Positions 1 to 12,676 of a stretch of DNA of 64,000 bases are shown here, in pieces; positions within the stretch are counted from its first letter, which is position 1, and each line of letters begins with the position of its first letter. The notes under the pieces were generated by a model, which worked only from the letters and a program-made list of their open reading frames with translations, ran no database searches and was not told the DNA's origin. A program made the position numbers and the translations under genes. Origin of the DNA: Malacoraja senta. Its lineage: Eukaryota. The stretch spans positions 10,604,001 to 10,668,000 of the forward strand of contig CM075991.1 in the NCBI GenBank assembly GCA_038087875.1, read 5' to 3'.

Positions 1-323
1 ACGCCCAGGGTAAGAGCAGATTGGATAAAAACGTGTGTGCCTGGCGCATGGAATATAGAACAGGCCCTTCGGCCCACAATGTCCGTGCCGAACATGATGC
101 CATAATAAGCTAATCTCCTCCATATGCCTCCATTCTCTGCATATCCATGTGCCTATCTAAAAGCCTCTTAAATGCCCCTATCATATCTGCCTCCACCACC
201 ACCCCTGGCAGCGTGTTCCAGGCACCCACCATCCTCTCTGTAAAAGACAATTGCCCTGCACATACCCTCTCACCTCTATCCTACATTGTGGATAATAAAG
301 AATGGCAACTCCTTATTATTATG

Positions 324-652
324 GGCGGTCACGGTGGTGCAGCGGTAGAGTTGCTGCCTTACAGCGAATGCAGCACCGGAGATCCCGGTTCGATCCCGAC
401 TAATAATGCTGTCTGTGCGGAGTTTGCACGTTCTCCCTGTGACCACTTGGGTTCCCTCCGAGATCTTCGGTTTTCCTCCCACACACCAAAGACGTACAGG
501 TATGTAGGTTGATTGGCTTGGTGTATGTGTAAATAATTGTCCCCAGTGCGTGTAGGATAGTGTTACTTTGTGGGGATCGCTGGTCGGTGCGGGGTCGATG
601 GGCTGCAGGCCATGTTTCCACGCTGTATCTGTGAACTAAACTAAACTAAACT
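324..652 (+). mobile_element. V-SINE copy
   Basis: Same structure as 3309-3628. Confidence 0.85.
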
Positions 653-924
653 CATTCAGTGGAGCGAATGATATCAAACAATTGACAGCACCGGACCCTG
701 ACCCAGATCATCCTTGGCAACAATTGATGTCCGCTTTAAGTCAGTTAATAACAATAAGTTCCTCGCAAGAAAACGGCCTGGTACTCTGCAATTGGCAAAC
801 CTGTACAAAAGCAGTGGAGAAATAGAGAGGGCAAGTGCACAGATTCTTTTACCTGCAGCAGGGGAATCGAGAACCAGATGCGCTTTGACCCACTGAGTTT
901 GTTTGGCGTTGTCCAGAGTAAACC

Positions 925-1385
925 ATCGGTGAGACCAAGCGTAGGCTTGGCGATCGCTTCGCCGAACACCTCCGCTCGGACCGCAATAACCAACCTGATC
1001 TCTCGGTGGCTCAGCACTTCAATTCCCCCTCCCATTCCGAATCTGACCTTTCTGTCCTGGGCCTCCTCCATGGCCAGAGTGAGGACCACCGTAAATTGGA
1101 GGAGCAGCACCTCATATTTCGCTTGGGTAGTCTGCACCCCAGCGGTATGAACATTGACTTCTCCAATTTCAGGTAGTCCCTACATTCTCCTCCTCTTCTC
1201 AGCTCTCCCTCAGCCCACTGGCTCCTCCTCTTCCTTTCTTCTCCCCCCCCCACCCTCTGAAGAAGGGTTTCAGCCCGAAATGTTGCCTATCTCCTTCACT
1301 CCATGGATGCTGCATCACTCGCTGAGTTTCTCCAGCATTTTTGTCTACCTTCGATTTTTCCAGCATCTGCAGTTCCTTCTTAAAC
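925..1385 (+). mobile_element. Penelope-like element 3' end: GIY-YIG endonuclease C-terminus plus 3'UTR/pLTR
   Basis: Hand translation IGETKRRLGDRFAEHLRS...VAQHFNSPSH...HLIFRLGSLHPSGMNIDFSNFR*, followed by the repeat unit found throughout the window. Confidence 0.85.
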
Positions 1386-1944
1386 ATGCAGTTTTGTGTG
1401 TCTCCTTTACAAAAATATTTGTTGCGAGGGGTGGTTAGGGTTTATGGAACACTCCGTGAAATAATAATGCATCAATAAATATTTAAAATATCTGACGGAT
1501 GGTGAATTGAGATTTGAACAAGTGAGTGGAGAGATGCAGGAGTTATTGCAGGGAGCAGGAGAGGGCAACGAGTGCATTCTAGCAAGCGCTGAACTCTGTG
1601 AAAGGTCATGCCAATGATTACAGTGAAAACACTAAGAGCCAAGAGAGTGTCACGAGGCTGCGGAAAGATAGATTACACTGAACTGAACATATTAAAGCTT
1701 CATCACCGCGGCTGAAAGGTAACCTGAGATGGACTAACAGGATAGATACAAGCCAAGCCAAGACAGAAAAAGGAGAGAAAAAAAATAAGCAAAGTGCTGG
1801 AGTAACTCAGCAGGTCAGGCAGCATCGATTTAGTAAGGGTGTTCAATGGTTACGGGAAGAATGGGGTTGAAAGGGAAATGACGCAGGAGCAGAATTAGGC
1901 CATTCGGCCCATCGAGTCTGCTCCACCATTCAGTCACGGCTGAC

Positions 1945-2212
1945 TCCACTGAGTCCGCGCCGACCAGCGATCCCCACACATGAACACTATCCTACACACA
2001 CACACTAGGGACAATTTACAATGTTGCCAAGCCGATTAACTTACAAACCTGTACGTCTTTGGAGTGCGGGAGGAAACCGGAGCACCCGGAGAAAACCCAC
2101 GCCGGTCACGGGGAGAACGTACAAACTCCGCACAGACAGCGCCCGTAGTCAGGATTGAACCCGTGTCTCTGGCGCTGTGAGGCAGCAACTCTGCCGCTGC
2201 GCCACCGTGCCC
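1945..2212 (-). mobile_element. V-SINE copy
   Basis: Reverse complement of the same SINE. Confidence 0.8.
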
Positions 2213-2558
2213 CCCTAACGCTTGAAGCTTAGACATTGATTACATTCCCAACAGTGAAGGCGTGACTCCTGGATATTAAGCAGATCACGCGATTGTAAGG
2301 ATCGTACAGGGAAATGGCCTGGAGGTGAAAGATGAGCCGTGATCTTGTTGAATGGTAGTGCAGGCTCGAGTGTCTGTCGATCACCCTACCCATTGCTACT
2401 GTTTATTTAATGCTTTTATTTTCAGTCAAGGCTCTACTGAAAACAAGACCTCACCCAGCAGGGGAGAGGCCTCTTTGCCAAACTGCGCGGACCTGTTCGT
2501 GAAGATCTATTAACCTCTCGACTGCTTTAACTTATCCCTAAATGTTATTTCTTTGCAG

Positions 2559-2652
2559 ATATGGGGAGAAGGGGAAAGCAGTTAGAATCGAGAAAGTCAT
2601 TTACACGGGGAAAGAAGGCAAGAGCTCCCAGGGCTGTCCAATAGCAAAATGG
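2559..2652 (+). CDS. TET3: TET3 internal coding exon (Cys-rich region, [31 protein letters not shown]); upstream exons lie outside the window
   Basis: ttgcag acceptor and gtaagt donor; 94 nt; typical TET sequence. Confidence 0.95.
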
Positions 2653-3308
2653 GTAAGTGTCTTTTTCAGTTTGATATGTTTTACCAGATTCAGAAACTGT
2701 TTCTTCCCCTCTGTTACCAGACTTCTGAATGGACCTTCCATAAACTAAGGGTATAATCCTGATCTTCCAACCTACCTTATTGGACATCGGACCTTTTCTC
2801 TGGAACTGCTACACTACAATGCTGTAACACTATATTCTGCCTTCTCAATGCTGATATCTTTCTCTTCGTTCTACTTGGTGTACCTGTGTGCCTGGACACA
2901 GGAATTGCAGATGCTGGAGCCTTGAGCAAAAAAACACAAAGTGCTGGAGTAACTCAGCGAGTGAGGCAGCACCTGTGGAGAACATGGACAGGCAACGTTT
3001 TGGGTGGAAACCCTTCTTCAGACTGAATGTAATAGGCGGGACCTTCCCACTACAATTAATCTGAAGAAGGGTCTTGATCTGAAACATCTTCTATAGATGC
3101 TGCCTAACCTGCAACTCCAGTTACTCCAACACTTGATTGGATTCATGTACAGGTTTACCTGCTTTGACTGGATGCAAAACATTAGCTTTTCCCTGTATCT
3201 CAATACACTTGATCATAATAAACCATACTCATTTTTATATCACAATACACGTATCCATATTAAAGCAATACAAATTTTTATTTGTCAATACACATATTGA
3301 CAGTTTGG

Positions 3309-3628
3309 GTGGTCACGGGTGGCGCAGCGGTAGAGTTGCTGCCTTACAGCGAATGCAGCGCCAGAGACCCGGGTTCGATCCCGACTACGGGCGCTGTCTG
3401 TACGGAGTTTGTACGTTCTCCCCGTGACCTGCGTGGGTTTTTCTAGGAGATCTTCGGTTTCCTCCCACACTCCAAAGACGTACAGGTTCGTAGGTTAATT
3501 GGCTTGGTAAATTTAAAAATTGTCCCTGGTGTGTGTAGGATATTGTTATTGTGCGGGGATCGCTGGTTGGCGCGGACCCGGTGGGCCGAAGGGCCTGTTT
3601 CCGCGCTGTATCTCTAAACTAAACTAAA
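3309..3628 (+). mobile_element. tRNA-derived V-SINE (HE1-like), full length
   Basis: A box (tggcgcagcgg), B box (ggttcgatccc), V-domain-like gagtttgtacgttctcccc...ggtttcctcccacactccaaagac, (CTAAA)n tail. Confidence 0.85.
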
Positions 3629-4281
3629 TATCCACGATAAACCAATACTCATGTTTATATCTCAATACACATATCCACAATAAATCAATATTCATGTTTA
3701 TCTGATCTCTACCAATGCTGAACGAAGTTTGCAAGGCTAAGGCTCATTCTGTAGCAGGTGAATGCCCTCCAGAGTTCTGCCCAAATGCCCACAGTTAGCT
3801 GGTGTAGGGCTGGTAAGCTGCTTATGATGGGAGATGTTGTATCCACAACTGATCCTGCCTTTCTCAAGATTCACGCAAGCACATCCCTGCCGGGTGTTCA
3901 ACCAATACTGATCATTAACAGGAACCCTGACTAATTTATCTTTAATGTGTAGGAAGGAACTGTAGACTGACCCAAAATGCTGGAGGAACTCAGGCAGCAT
4001 CTCTGCAGAGAAGGAATGGGTGACATTTCGGGCTGAGTTTAAACTGAAGATAGATGCAAAAAGCTGAAGTGGCTCAAAGGGTCAGGCAACATCTCTGGAG
4101 AAAAGGAATAGATGACTTTGCCGGTCGAGACCCTTCTTCAGGCTGAGACTCTGAAGAAGGGTCTCAACTCGAAAAGTCATCTAATCCATTTCTCCAGAGA
4201 TGCTGCATGACCCACTGAGTTACTCCAGCTTTTTATGTCTATCTTTAAATTATCTTGAACTTTGCCAAACTGAGATACTAA

Positions 4282-4603
4282 TGGCCTTGTCCCAAGGTAC
4301 GAGTTCATTCCAAGAGCTCTCCCGAGTTTGCCCTGATTCGAACTCGGAGATTTACGGTAATGGCCGCTCGTCGGTACTCGGGGCTCTCGTGGACATTTTT
4401 CATCGTGTTGAAAAATCTTCACGAGTCTTCCTGTGCTTACCTGCTGTTAGCGAGTCTTCCCGAGTACCTGCCGTTAGCGCTAGGAGACGTCCCCGAGCTC
4501 CGACGTACCCGCTACGTTCATTCTCCGTGCTTACCACGAGTTCGATTTTTTTAAAACTCTGGAGAGCTCTTGGAATGAACTCGTACCGTGGGACAGGGCT
4601 TTA
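4282..4603. mobile_element. Related MITE (CCTGTCCCAC-type TIR); near-identical copy at about 50876-51197; another subfamily at 4743-4914 and 56180-56334
   Basis: Shared internal sequence and TIRs. Confidence 0.75.
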
Positions 4604-5179
4604 AAGGGCCTGAAGAAGGGCTTTGGGCCGAAACGTTCCCTGTTTCCTTCACTCCATAGATGCTGCCTCACCCGCTGAGTTTCTCCAGCATTTTTGTCTA
4701 CCTTCGATTTTCCAGCATCTGCAGTTCCTTCTTAACATACTAAAGACCCTGTCCCACGGACGCGATTTTTTTCGGCGACTTGCCGGCACCCATCATAGTC
4801 GCAGCAGGTTGGCCAAAATTTTCAAAATGTTGAAAATCCAGCAGCGACCAGAAAAAGGTACGACTCTTTGGGCGACTACTCACCACCATATAGTTGTCCC
4901 CTGACAGGCCCTTAATACTAACGCCTGCACACCCATGACTGATTGTGGCTGCACTGTACTCCACTTGCATGGTAAGTCATTTATTAACCAGATGCCTGTA
5001 CTTACACATAATCCATTTCTCGTTTATCAACTAACTCCTGTACACGGCAGTGCCAACGTTTAATAATTTTTTTAATTATGAATTGATAACATTAAATGAT
5101 TAACATGCATTTTGAAAGACAAATTATGATTTTAGTACACACATTATTCTCTCAGCTTCTAACACCATAGTGATGCAGT

Positions 5180-5940
5180 GTGGAAACAGGCCCTTCAGCC
5201 CAACTTGCCCACACCGGCCAACATGTCCCAGCTACACTAGTCCCACCTGCCTGCGTTTGGACCATATCCCTCTAAACCTGGACTAGCCATGTACCTGTCT
5301 AACTGTTTCTTAGATGTTGGGATAGTCTCTACCTCAACGACCTCCTCTGGCAGCTCGTTCCATACACCCACCACCCTTTGTGTGAAAGATTTACCCCTCA
5401 GATTCCTGTTAAATCGTTTCCCCTTCACCTTAACCTATGTCCTCTGGTTCTCGATTCACCTACTCTGGAGAAGAGACTCTTTGCGTCTACCCGATCTATT
5501 CCTCTCATGATTTTATGCACCGTTATAAGATCACCTCTCGCCCTCCAGTGCTCCAAGGAATAGTGACCCAGCCAACTCAACCTCTCCCTGGCAACATCCT
5601 TGTAAATCTCCTCTGTACCATTTCCAGGTTGACAACATCTTTCCTATAACACAGTGCCCAGAACTGAACACAATACCCTAAATGCGGCCTCACCAACGTC
5701 TTATACAACTTCTTCATCACATCACAAGATGAGAGATTGTCCAGCCAGAGCTGAACGCACTTCTCGGCATCAGCATACAATGGCGCCTTCTTGCGCTTCT
5801 TGTGCTTCTTGTGTGTGGTGGTGGAAAGATTGGTGGAAGCAGGGCCGGGACGTGAACGCTCTTTCCTTGACCCCCTTATACAACTGCAACTACAACGATG
5901 ACCTCCCAACTTCTATACTCAATACTCCGACTGATGAAGC
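5180..5940 (-). mobile_element. Degenerate CR1 3' fragment (RT C-terminus), interrupted by a short insertion
   Basis: KLYKTLVRPHLGYCVQFW and TQRVVGVWNELPEEVV...GYGPNAGRWD motifs. Confidence 0.85.
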
Positions 5941-6405
5941 CAGAAGGGGGACTTTTCGGGTCGAGACCCTTCTTCAGAAACGTCACCCATTCCTTCTCTC
6001 CAGAGATGCTGCCTGTCCCACTGATTTACTCCAGCCTTTTGTGACTATCTGGTTTAAACCTGCATCTGCAGTTCCGTCCTGCACATGTTGTTGTTCTTGT
6101 AGCAGGTGGTCCCTATCTTCTCGAGTCTACTGACTCCAGACTGAATAGTAGCCAAAGGTTGAAGCTTATCTTTGTTAATCTTTAAGCGGGCTGCGAAGGT
6201 GTCCGAGCAACGCAATGTAAATATTACACAATTGGGGAATGAAGGCAAAGTTGAACGAAAGCCCCAGGTTCAGACAGTTTATGCATGAAATTCTCGGCAG
6301 AGATATATGGGACTTATTACAAGTAAAAGTGAGGCAAAGATGCTTTTAGGTAGCCTGAAACAAGGAGACGTCTCACCATCTGTTCCCAATACAGAAGTTA
6401 CATGA

Positions 6406-6657
6406 AGGTAGACAAAAATGCTGGAGAAACTCAGCGGGTGCAGCAGCATCTATGGAGCGAAGGAAATAGGCAACGTTTCAGGCCGAAACCCTTCTTCAGA
6501 CTGAAGGAAATAGGCAACGTTTCGGGCCGAAACCCTTGCGGGTTTCGGGCCGAAACGTTGCCTATTTCCTTCGCTCCATAGATGCTGCTGCACCCGCTGA
6601 GTTTCTCCAGCACTTTTGTCGACCTTCGATTTTCCAGCATCTGCAGTTCCTACTTAA
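6406..6657. mobile_element. Palindromic Penelope-pLTR-derived insert with 15-bp TSD ACAGAAGTTACATGA
   Basis: Inverted arms of about 75 bp; direct repeats at 6391-6405 and 6658-6672. Confidence 0.8.
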
Positions 6658-6923
6658 ACAGAAGTTACATGAGTTCTTTTAAAATCAAAATCATGTTTGT
6701 TCATAAGTGATAGGAGCAGAATTAGGCCATTCGGCCCATCTAGTCTAATCTGCCATTCAATCATGGCGGATCTATCTCTCCCTCCTAACCCCAGGTCGCC
6801 GGCAGAACGTACAGACAAGCACCCGTAGTCGGGATCGGACCCGGGTCACTGGCGCTGCGAGGCAGCAACTCTACCGCTGCGCCACCTTGCAGCTCGGGGT
6901 GCTTTGAGTTCTGTTGCATGCTC

Positions 6924-7460
6924 TTTTTTATTTTTATTTTTTTATTTTTATTTATTAGAAGTACATTACATTACAACCAATTACATTAGTACTCATCACG
7001 TATATCTTATTACAATTAATGTACTCCGTCATTTTTTACACTAATAAAAAGGAAAGGTTGAGATTAAGAAAAAAAGAGAAAGTGAAGGTGAAATAGTGAA
7101 GGTGAAAAAACGTGAGAACAGGAAAGAACAGAGACCCTGTAGAAAAGAAATTAAGAAGAAAGGATTAAGAGATAGACCCTAAAGAAGAAGAAAAAAAGAG
7201 AAAGAGGAAAAAAGAGAAAACCAAATACTTTATTATAAGCATCACGCAAATGGGACATACCAATTCTCCAGCTTTCATCCCCCTTTACCTGACCTCAGTT
7301 TTATTTTTCAGTACTTTTGCACCCTATACTTGTAATAATTCTATAAATGCAGACCACGTCAGGTGGAAGTGATCTGGTTTACCTGCCAGGAGGAGTCTTA
7401 TCTCTTCTAGGTGTAATGTTTCAAACATATTTGAAATCCACATGTTTATAGTTGGTTTCC
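6924..7460 (-). mobile_element. L1/Tx1-like 3' end with A-rich tail and 11-bp TSD GTTGCATGCTC
   Basis: [20 protein letters not shown]...TWSAFIELL* resembles an ORF2 C-terminus; direct repeats at 6913-6923 and 7461-7471. Confidence 0.75.
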
Positions 7461-7525
7461 GTTGCATGCTCGTGCATGCTTTCGAAACACTGACCAAGTC
7501 TTTTTGTTTCCTCACATCTGCACAG

Positions 7526-7734
7526 ATAATAAGGAGAGCGAGCAAAGAGGAAAAAGTGCTGTGTCTGGTTCGTGAACGGGCTGGCCACCACTGCCAGAAT
7601 GCCGTTGTTATTATTCTCATCCTTGCTTGGGAAGGTATCCCCCGGTCGCTCGGCGACAAGCTGTACGATGAGCTCACCGAGACCTTGACCAAGTACGGCA
7701 ACCCGACCTGCCGGAGATGTGCGTTGAATGACGA
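7526..7734 (+). CDS. TET3: TET3 coding exon ([27 protein letters not shown]...[13 protein letters not shown])
   Basis: cacag and gtaagt boundaries; 209 nt; phase compatible with neighbouring exons; TET3-type AGHHCQNAV and [10 protein letters not shown]. Confidence 0.95.
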
Positions 7735-7779
7735 GTAAGTCGACTGGTTTTTTTTTTTAGTTTTTAGCTTTAGCATGTC

Positions 7780-8080
7780 TAGTTTTTCGGAGATAGAGTG
7801 GGGAAACAGGCCCTTCGGCCCACCGAGTCCGCACCGACCAGCGATCCCCGCACACAAACACTATCCTACGCACACTAGGGACAACTTACAATTACACCAA
7901 GCCAATTAACCTACATACCTGTACGTCTTTGGAGTGTGGGGGGAAACCGAACATCTCGGAAAAACCCCACGGGGAGAACGTACAAACTCCGTACAGACAA
8001 GCGCCCTTACGTAGTCAGGATCGATCCCGGTTCTCTGGCGCTGTAAGGCAGCAACTCTACCGCTACGCCACCGTGCCACC
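7780..8080 (-). mobile_element. V-SINE copy just downstream of a TET3 donor site
   Basis: Reverse complement of the same SINE. Confidence 0.8.
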
Positions 8081-8334
8081 AATAGTGGCCCTTTTGTCAT
8101 CTTTTCATCCCTAGCCTTGGTCCACCCATCTGCTAATTAAAGAAAAACTCCAACCTGTATCCAACCATTACTGGGAGAAACAAGGAACTGCAGACGCTAG
8201 TTTACAAAAAGAGACACAAAGTGCCGGAGTAACTCAGCATGTCAGCCAACCAGGCTTTGTCCTGCTACCACCTCTTTTCCAGCTTTCTGCTGCCCACCAA
8301 CCAGTCTGAATATGGGGCCCTACCCAAATCGCCG

Positions 8335-8522
8335 CCTATCCATGTTCTCCAGAGATGCTGCCTGACCTGCTGAGTTACTCCAGCACTCTGTGAAACGTCA
8401 CCTATCCATGTTCTCCAGAGATGCTGCCTGACCCGCTGAGTTACTCCAGCACTCTGTGAAACGTCACCCATCCATGTTCTCCACAGATGCTGCCTGACCC
8501 GCTGAGTTACTCCAGCACTGTG
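8335..8522 (+). repeat. About 3 tandem copies of a 66-bp Penelope-pLTR-derived unit
   Basis: cctatccatgttctcc-type unit recurs at 8335, 8401 and 8467. Confidence 0.85.
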
Positions 8523-8769
8523 TGTTCTGGACTTGTAAATGGTTCCACTTGCTCAGCCACTGCTTCATCCCTCGGTTATTAATTTCATGGAAGTCCCTTG
8601 GCCTATTTTCTGTTCCAAAACATCTCCCCAGTCACAACTTTCAATTTACTGGTCAAAGTTTTTTGATTGAGTTCCAAATCCATGCAGAATATTTTCTCAC
8701 CTGCGTTGGAATCTCTCAACTCATCACCAAAATGTATCTAATGAATGTTAAAGAGGGCATGCTTTGTAA

Positions 8770-9355
8770 AACCGAATTGTGAAAGGCCTGGATAAGGTGA
8801 ATGTGGGGAGGATGTTTCCACTATTAGGAGAGTCTAGGACCAGAGGGCACAGCCTCAGAGTAAAAAGGCCTGCCTTTAGAAAGAAGATGAGGAGGAATTT
8901 CTTTAGTCAGAGGGTGGTGAATCCATGGAATTAATTGCCACAGACAGCTGGATATTCAATGTTTAAGAAAGAACTGCATATGCTGGAAAAATCGAAGGTA
9001 GACAAAAATGCTGGAGAAATTCAGCGGGTGAGGCAGCATCTATGGAGCGAAGGAATAGGTAATGTTTCGGGTCGAGACCCTTAAGAAGGGTCTCGACCCG
9101 AAAAGTTACCTATTCCTTCGCTCCATAGATGTTGCCTCACCCGCTGAGTTTCTCCAGCATTTTTGTCTACGCTGGATATTCAATGGATATTTTTAAGGTG
9201 GAGTTTGGCAGATTCTTGATTAATACGGGCGTCGGGGGTTATGAGGAGAAGGCAGGAGAATGGGATTGAGAGGGAAAGATATTGTAGATCAGCCATGATT
9301 GAATGGCGGAGTAGACTTGATGGGCCAAATGGCCTAATTCCGCTCCAGAACTTAC
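8770..9355 (+). mobile_element. Older CR1 3' fragment interrupted by a palindromic insert; similar fragments at 15740-16125(+), 17295-17620(-), 26153-26395(+), 40480-40820(-), 48780-49040(-)
   Basis: Recurrent aggatgtttccactagtgggagagtctagg...gggagaaggcaggagaatgggg sequence. Confidence 0.75.
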
Positions 9356-9904
9356 GAACTTATGAACATGTTTAGGGTCGTGGTTCATTATATTTCCTCT
9401 CCCTCTGTGACATCTGTACGGCTACGGCCATACTTGACCTCCTGCCGGCCTTTCCCCCACACTGTACACTCCTTTCCACTCTTCCCTTGTGGAATCTACG
9501 AGCAGAAGGGCAGCACAGTGGCACAGCTGCTAGAACTGCTGCCTCACAGCGCCAGAGCCCTGGCTTTGATCCTGACCTCGGGTGCTGTCTGTGTGGAGTT
9601 TGCAGATTCTCCCTGTAACCATGTGGGTTTTCTCTCTCACAACCCACTCTCATTGCAACGTTGCAGCTAGTGCAAATACCGCTGTCATTTTATACATGCA
9701 AGCGTCAATGAATGAATCTAAAAAGATATTGTTCGGAATAGTCAACCGTTTTAGCTGACCAATGTTCAGACCATGTCAAGAGTCAAGAATGTTTTATTAT
9801 CGAATGTCCCAGATAGAACAATGAAATTCTTACTTACAGCAGCAACAGAATATGTAAACATAGTACACTGTAAACTATATAATCAATGAGAAAAACAAAA
9901 TTCA

Positions 9905-9933
9905 GTGTGTGTATATATATATGTATACATGTG

Positions 9934-9966
<33 letters not shown>

Positions 9967-9994
9967 ATAATATATATATATATGTGTGTGTATA

Positions 9995-10030
<36 letters not shown>

Positions 10031-10033
10031 ATA

Positions 10034-10067
<34 letters not shown>

Positions 10068-10070
10068 ATA

Positions 10071-10101
<31 letters not shown>

Positions 10102-10175
10102 CGTGTGTGTGTGTATAATATATATATATATGTGTGTGTATAATATATATATATGTGTGTGTGTGTGTGTGTATA

Positions 10176-10211
<36 letters not shown>

Positions 10212-10272
10212 ATAATATATATATATGTGTGTGTATAATATATATATATGTATGTGTGTGTGTGTGTGTATA

Positions 10273-10304
<32 letters not shown>

Positions 10305-10310
10305 ATAATA

Positions 10311-10341
<31 letters not shown>

Positions 10342-10344
10342 ATA

Positions 10345-10384
<40 letters not shown>

Positions 10385-10412
10385 ATTATATATATATATA
10401 TATATGTGTGTG

Positions 10413-10464
<52 letters not shown>

Positions 10465-10560
10465 ATAATATATATATATATATGTGTGTGTGTGTATATA
10501 ATATATATATATATATGTGTGTGTGTGTGTATTATATATATATATATGTGTGTGTGTGTG

Positions 10561-10625
<65 letters not shown>

Positions 10626-10655
10626 ATATATATATATGTGTGTGTGTGTGTGTAT

Positions 10656-10686
<31 letters not shown>

Positions 10687-10688
10687 AT

Positions 10689-10741
<53 letters not shown>

Positions 10742-10760
10742 TATACACACACAAACACAT
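9905..10760. repeat. Compound (TG)n/(TA)n microsatellite with a higher-order unit
   Basis: Read directly. Confidence 0.97.
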
Positions 10761-10966
10761 ACGTACACATAAACAATAAACATATAATCATAGTGCAATA
10801 ATAACAATAATAGTCTATGTAGTTCAGAGTTTATTTGTTGTAGTGTTTAATAGCCTGATGGCTGTAGGGAAGAAGCTGTTCCTGAACCTGGACGTTACAG
10901 ATTTCAGGCTCCTGTACCTTCTTCCCGACGTTTATAATCAGTAACAATTCTGTGTAGATCTGGTGA

Positions 10967-11179
<213 letters not shown>

Positions 11180-11320
11180 TGAATCTCATCACTGCATTTC
11201 CAATTCATGCATACACTTCGTTTAGTTTAGGTTAGGTAATGTTATGGCAAATTTCGAACTATTCTAGTCTCCTCTTTTCCAGTTGGCGTACCTACACAGG
11301 TACAGTAGGAGTGATCTTAA

Positions 11321-11742
11321 GGGCCTGTCCCACTTTCCCGAGTTATTCACGAATTCTCCCGAGTTTTCCCCCTTGATTCAAACTCGCAGAATGTTCGTAA
11401 CGAGTCCTTAGGAGGTCGCAGGAGTTGGTAGATATATCGTAGCGGCCCGTTATGCCAGCCGTAGGTACTCGTGGCATTATTTCCAGTCGGGACGTTTTTT
11501 CCAGCACGATAAAAAAATGTCCACGAGTAAAAAAAATGGTCGGGATGAAAGAAATTGCAACTTTTTACTCGTAAGGAGGGCATCGAAATAGTCGTGGGAA
11601 TTCGTAGACATACTCGTAGGAGTTCGTGGACACAGTCCTGGAAGGTCGCAGGAGTTCGTAGATTGCCACGATCTTGATTTTTTTTTAGGTCCTTTAAACT
11701 CGGCAAAGGTTTTGAATTAAGTCGTGAAAGTGGGACAGGCCC
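11321..11742. mobile_element. MITE with 17-bp terminal inverted repeats (GGGCCTGTCCCACTTTC) flanked by TTAA; Kolobok- or Harbinger-like, unresolved
   Basis: TIRs and flanking TTAA read directly; no transposase ORF. Confidence 0.8.
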
Positions 11743-12676
11743 TTAACTGAGATCTTATAGAACAGATCTTCTAGTTGGTATTTCCAGTTGTTTATTGAAG
11801 CAGCCGTACAAACAAAGAGATGAACGTACCAGGTTTTCCTTATTATGCGTGCAAGTTGTGGGAATTGTACGCTCTCTGTCCCTGTGCCTGCCACACCCTG
11901 TCCCCTATGCCTTTATATACACACCACACCTGTGCATCTAATGACCGCCCCCAAGTGTCCAAAATAACACTGCAAGATATATCTAGACAAAATAATATGA
12001 TATGCCAACATAAACACAAATGGCTCCTACAGGTAAGTTTTGTTTAGTTTCTCTTGGCTTCGCTAAATTTAGTTGAGTTTAGCTTAGTTTAGTTTAGGTA
12101 AGTATAGTTTAGTTTAGAGATATAGCACGGAAATAGACCATTCGGCCCACTGTGTCCGCACCAACCAACAATCACCCTCACACTAGTAGACACTAAATGC
12201 TGGAGTAACTCTGCGGACGAGGCAGCAACTCTGGAGAGAAGGAATGGGCGATGTTTTGAGTCGACCCGAAATGTCGCCCATTCCTTCTCTCCAGAGATGC
12301 TGCCTCACCCGCTGAGTTACTCCAGCATTTTGTGTTTATCAACCTCTTCTACACCCTATCCAAATCTTTAGGTCACAAATGTTACTGCCCTCTGTAGATT
12401 CTTGCTTTGTACAAATGGTCTGCCTGTATGGAGCTGGAAGGTGGGGCACATTTATAAAGGTGCCAAGTAAATGCAAATATATTATTTTCTTACCTTTGTA
12501 TATGTAAATAACTATCAAAGCACCTGCCACATATTTCCCTGCTGTGGTCAGAGTCTATGCTAAGCTGCAAAATTAAGGTTTCAACAAGGTTTACAAAAAT
12601 GATCCCAGGAATGAGTAGGTTAACATGTGATGAGCGTTTGTCGGCACTGGGCCTGTACTCGCTGGCGTTTAGAAGA

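Noticed and set aside
3309..3400. tRNA-like A/B boxes as real tRNA genes
   Set aside because: They are SINE heads joined to a V-domain and tail, in many divergent copies
8335..8522. CRISPR-like array of regular repeats
   Set aside because: Head-to-tail 66-bp units without unique spacers, in vertebrate DNA
9886..10801. Cys/Val/Ile/Tyr-rich ORFs
   Set aside because: Translations of the TG/TA microsatellite
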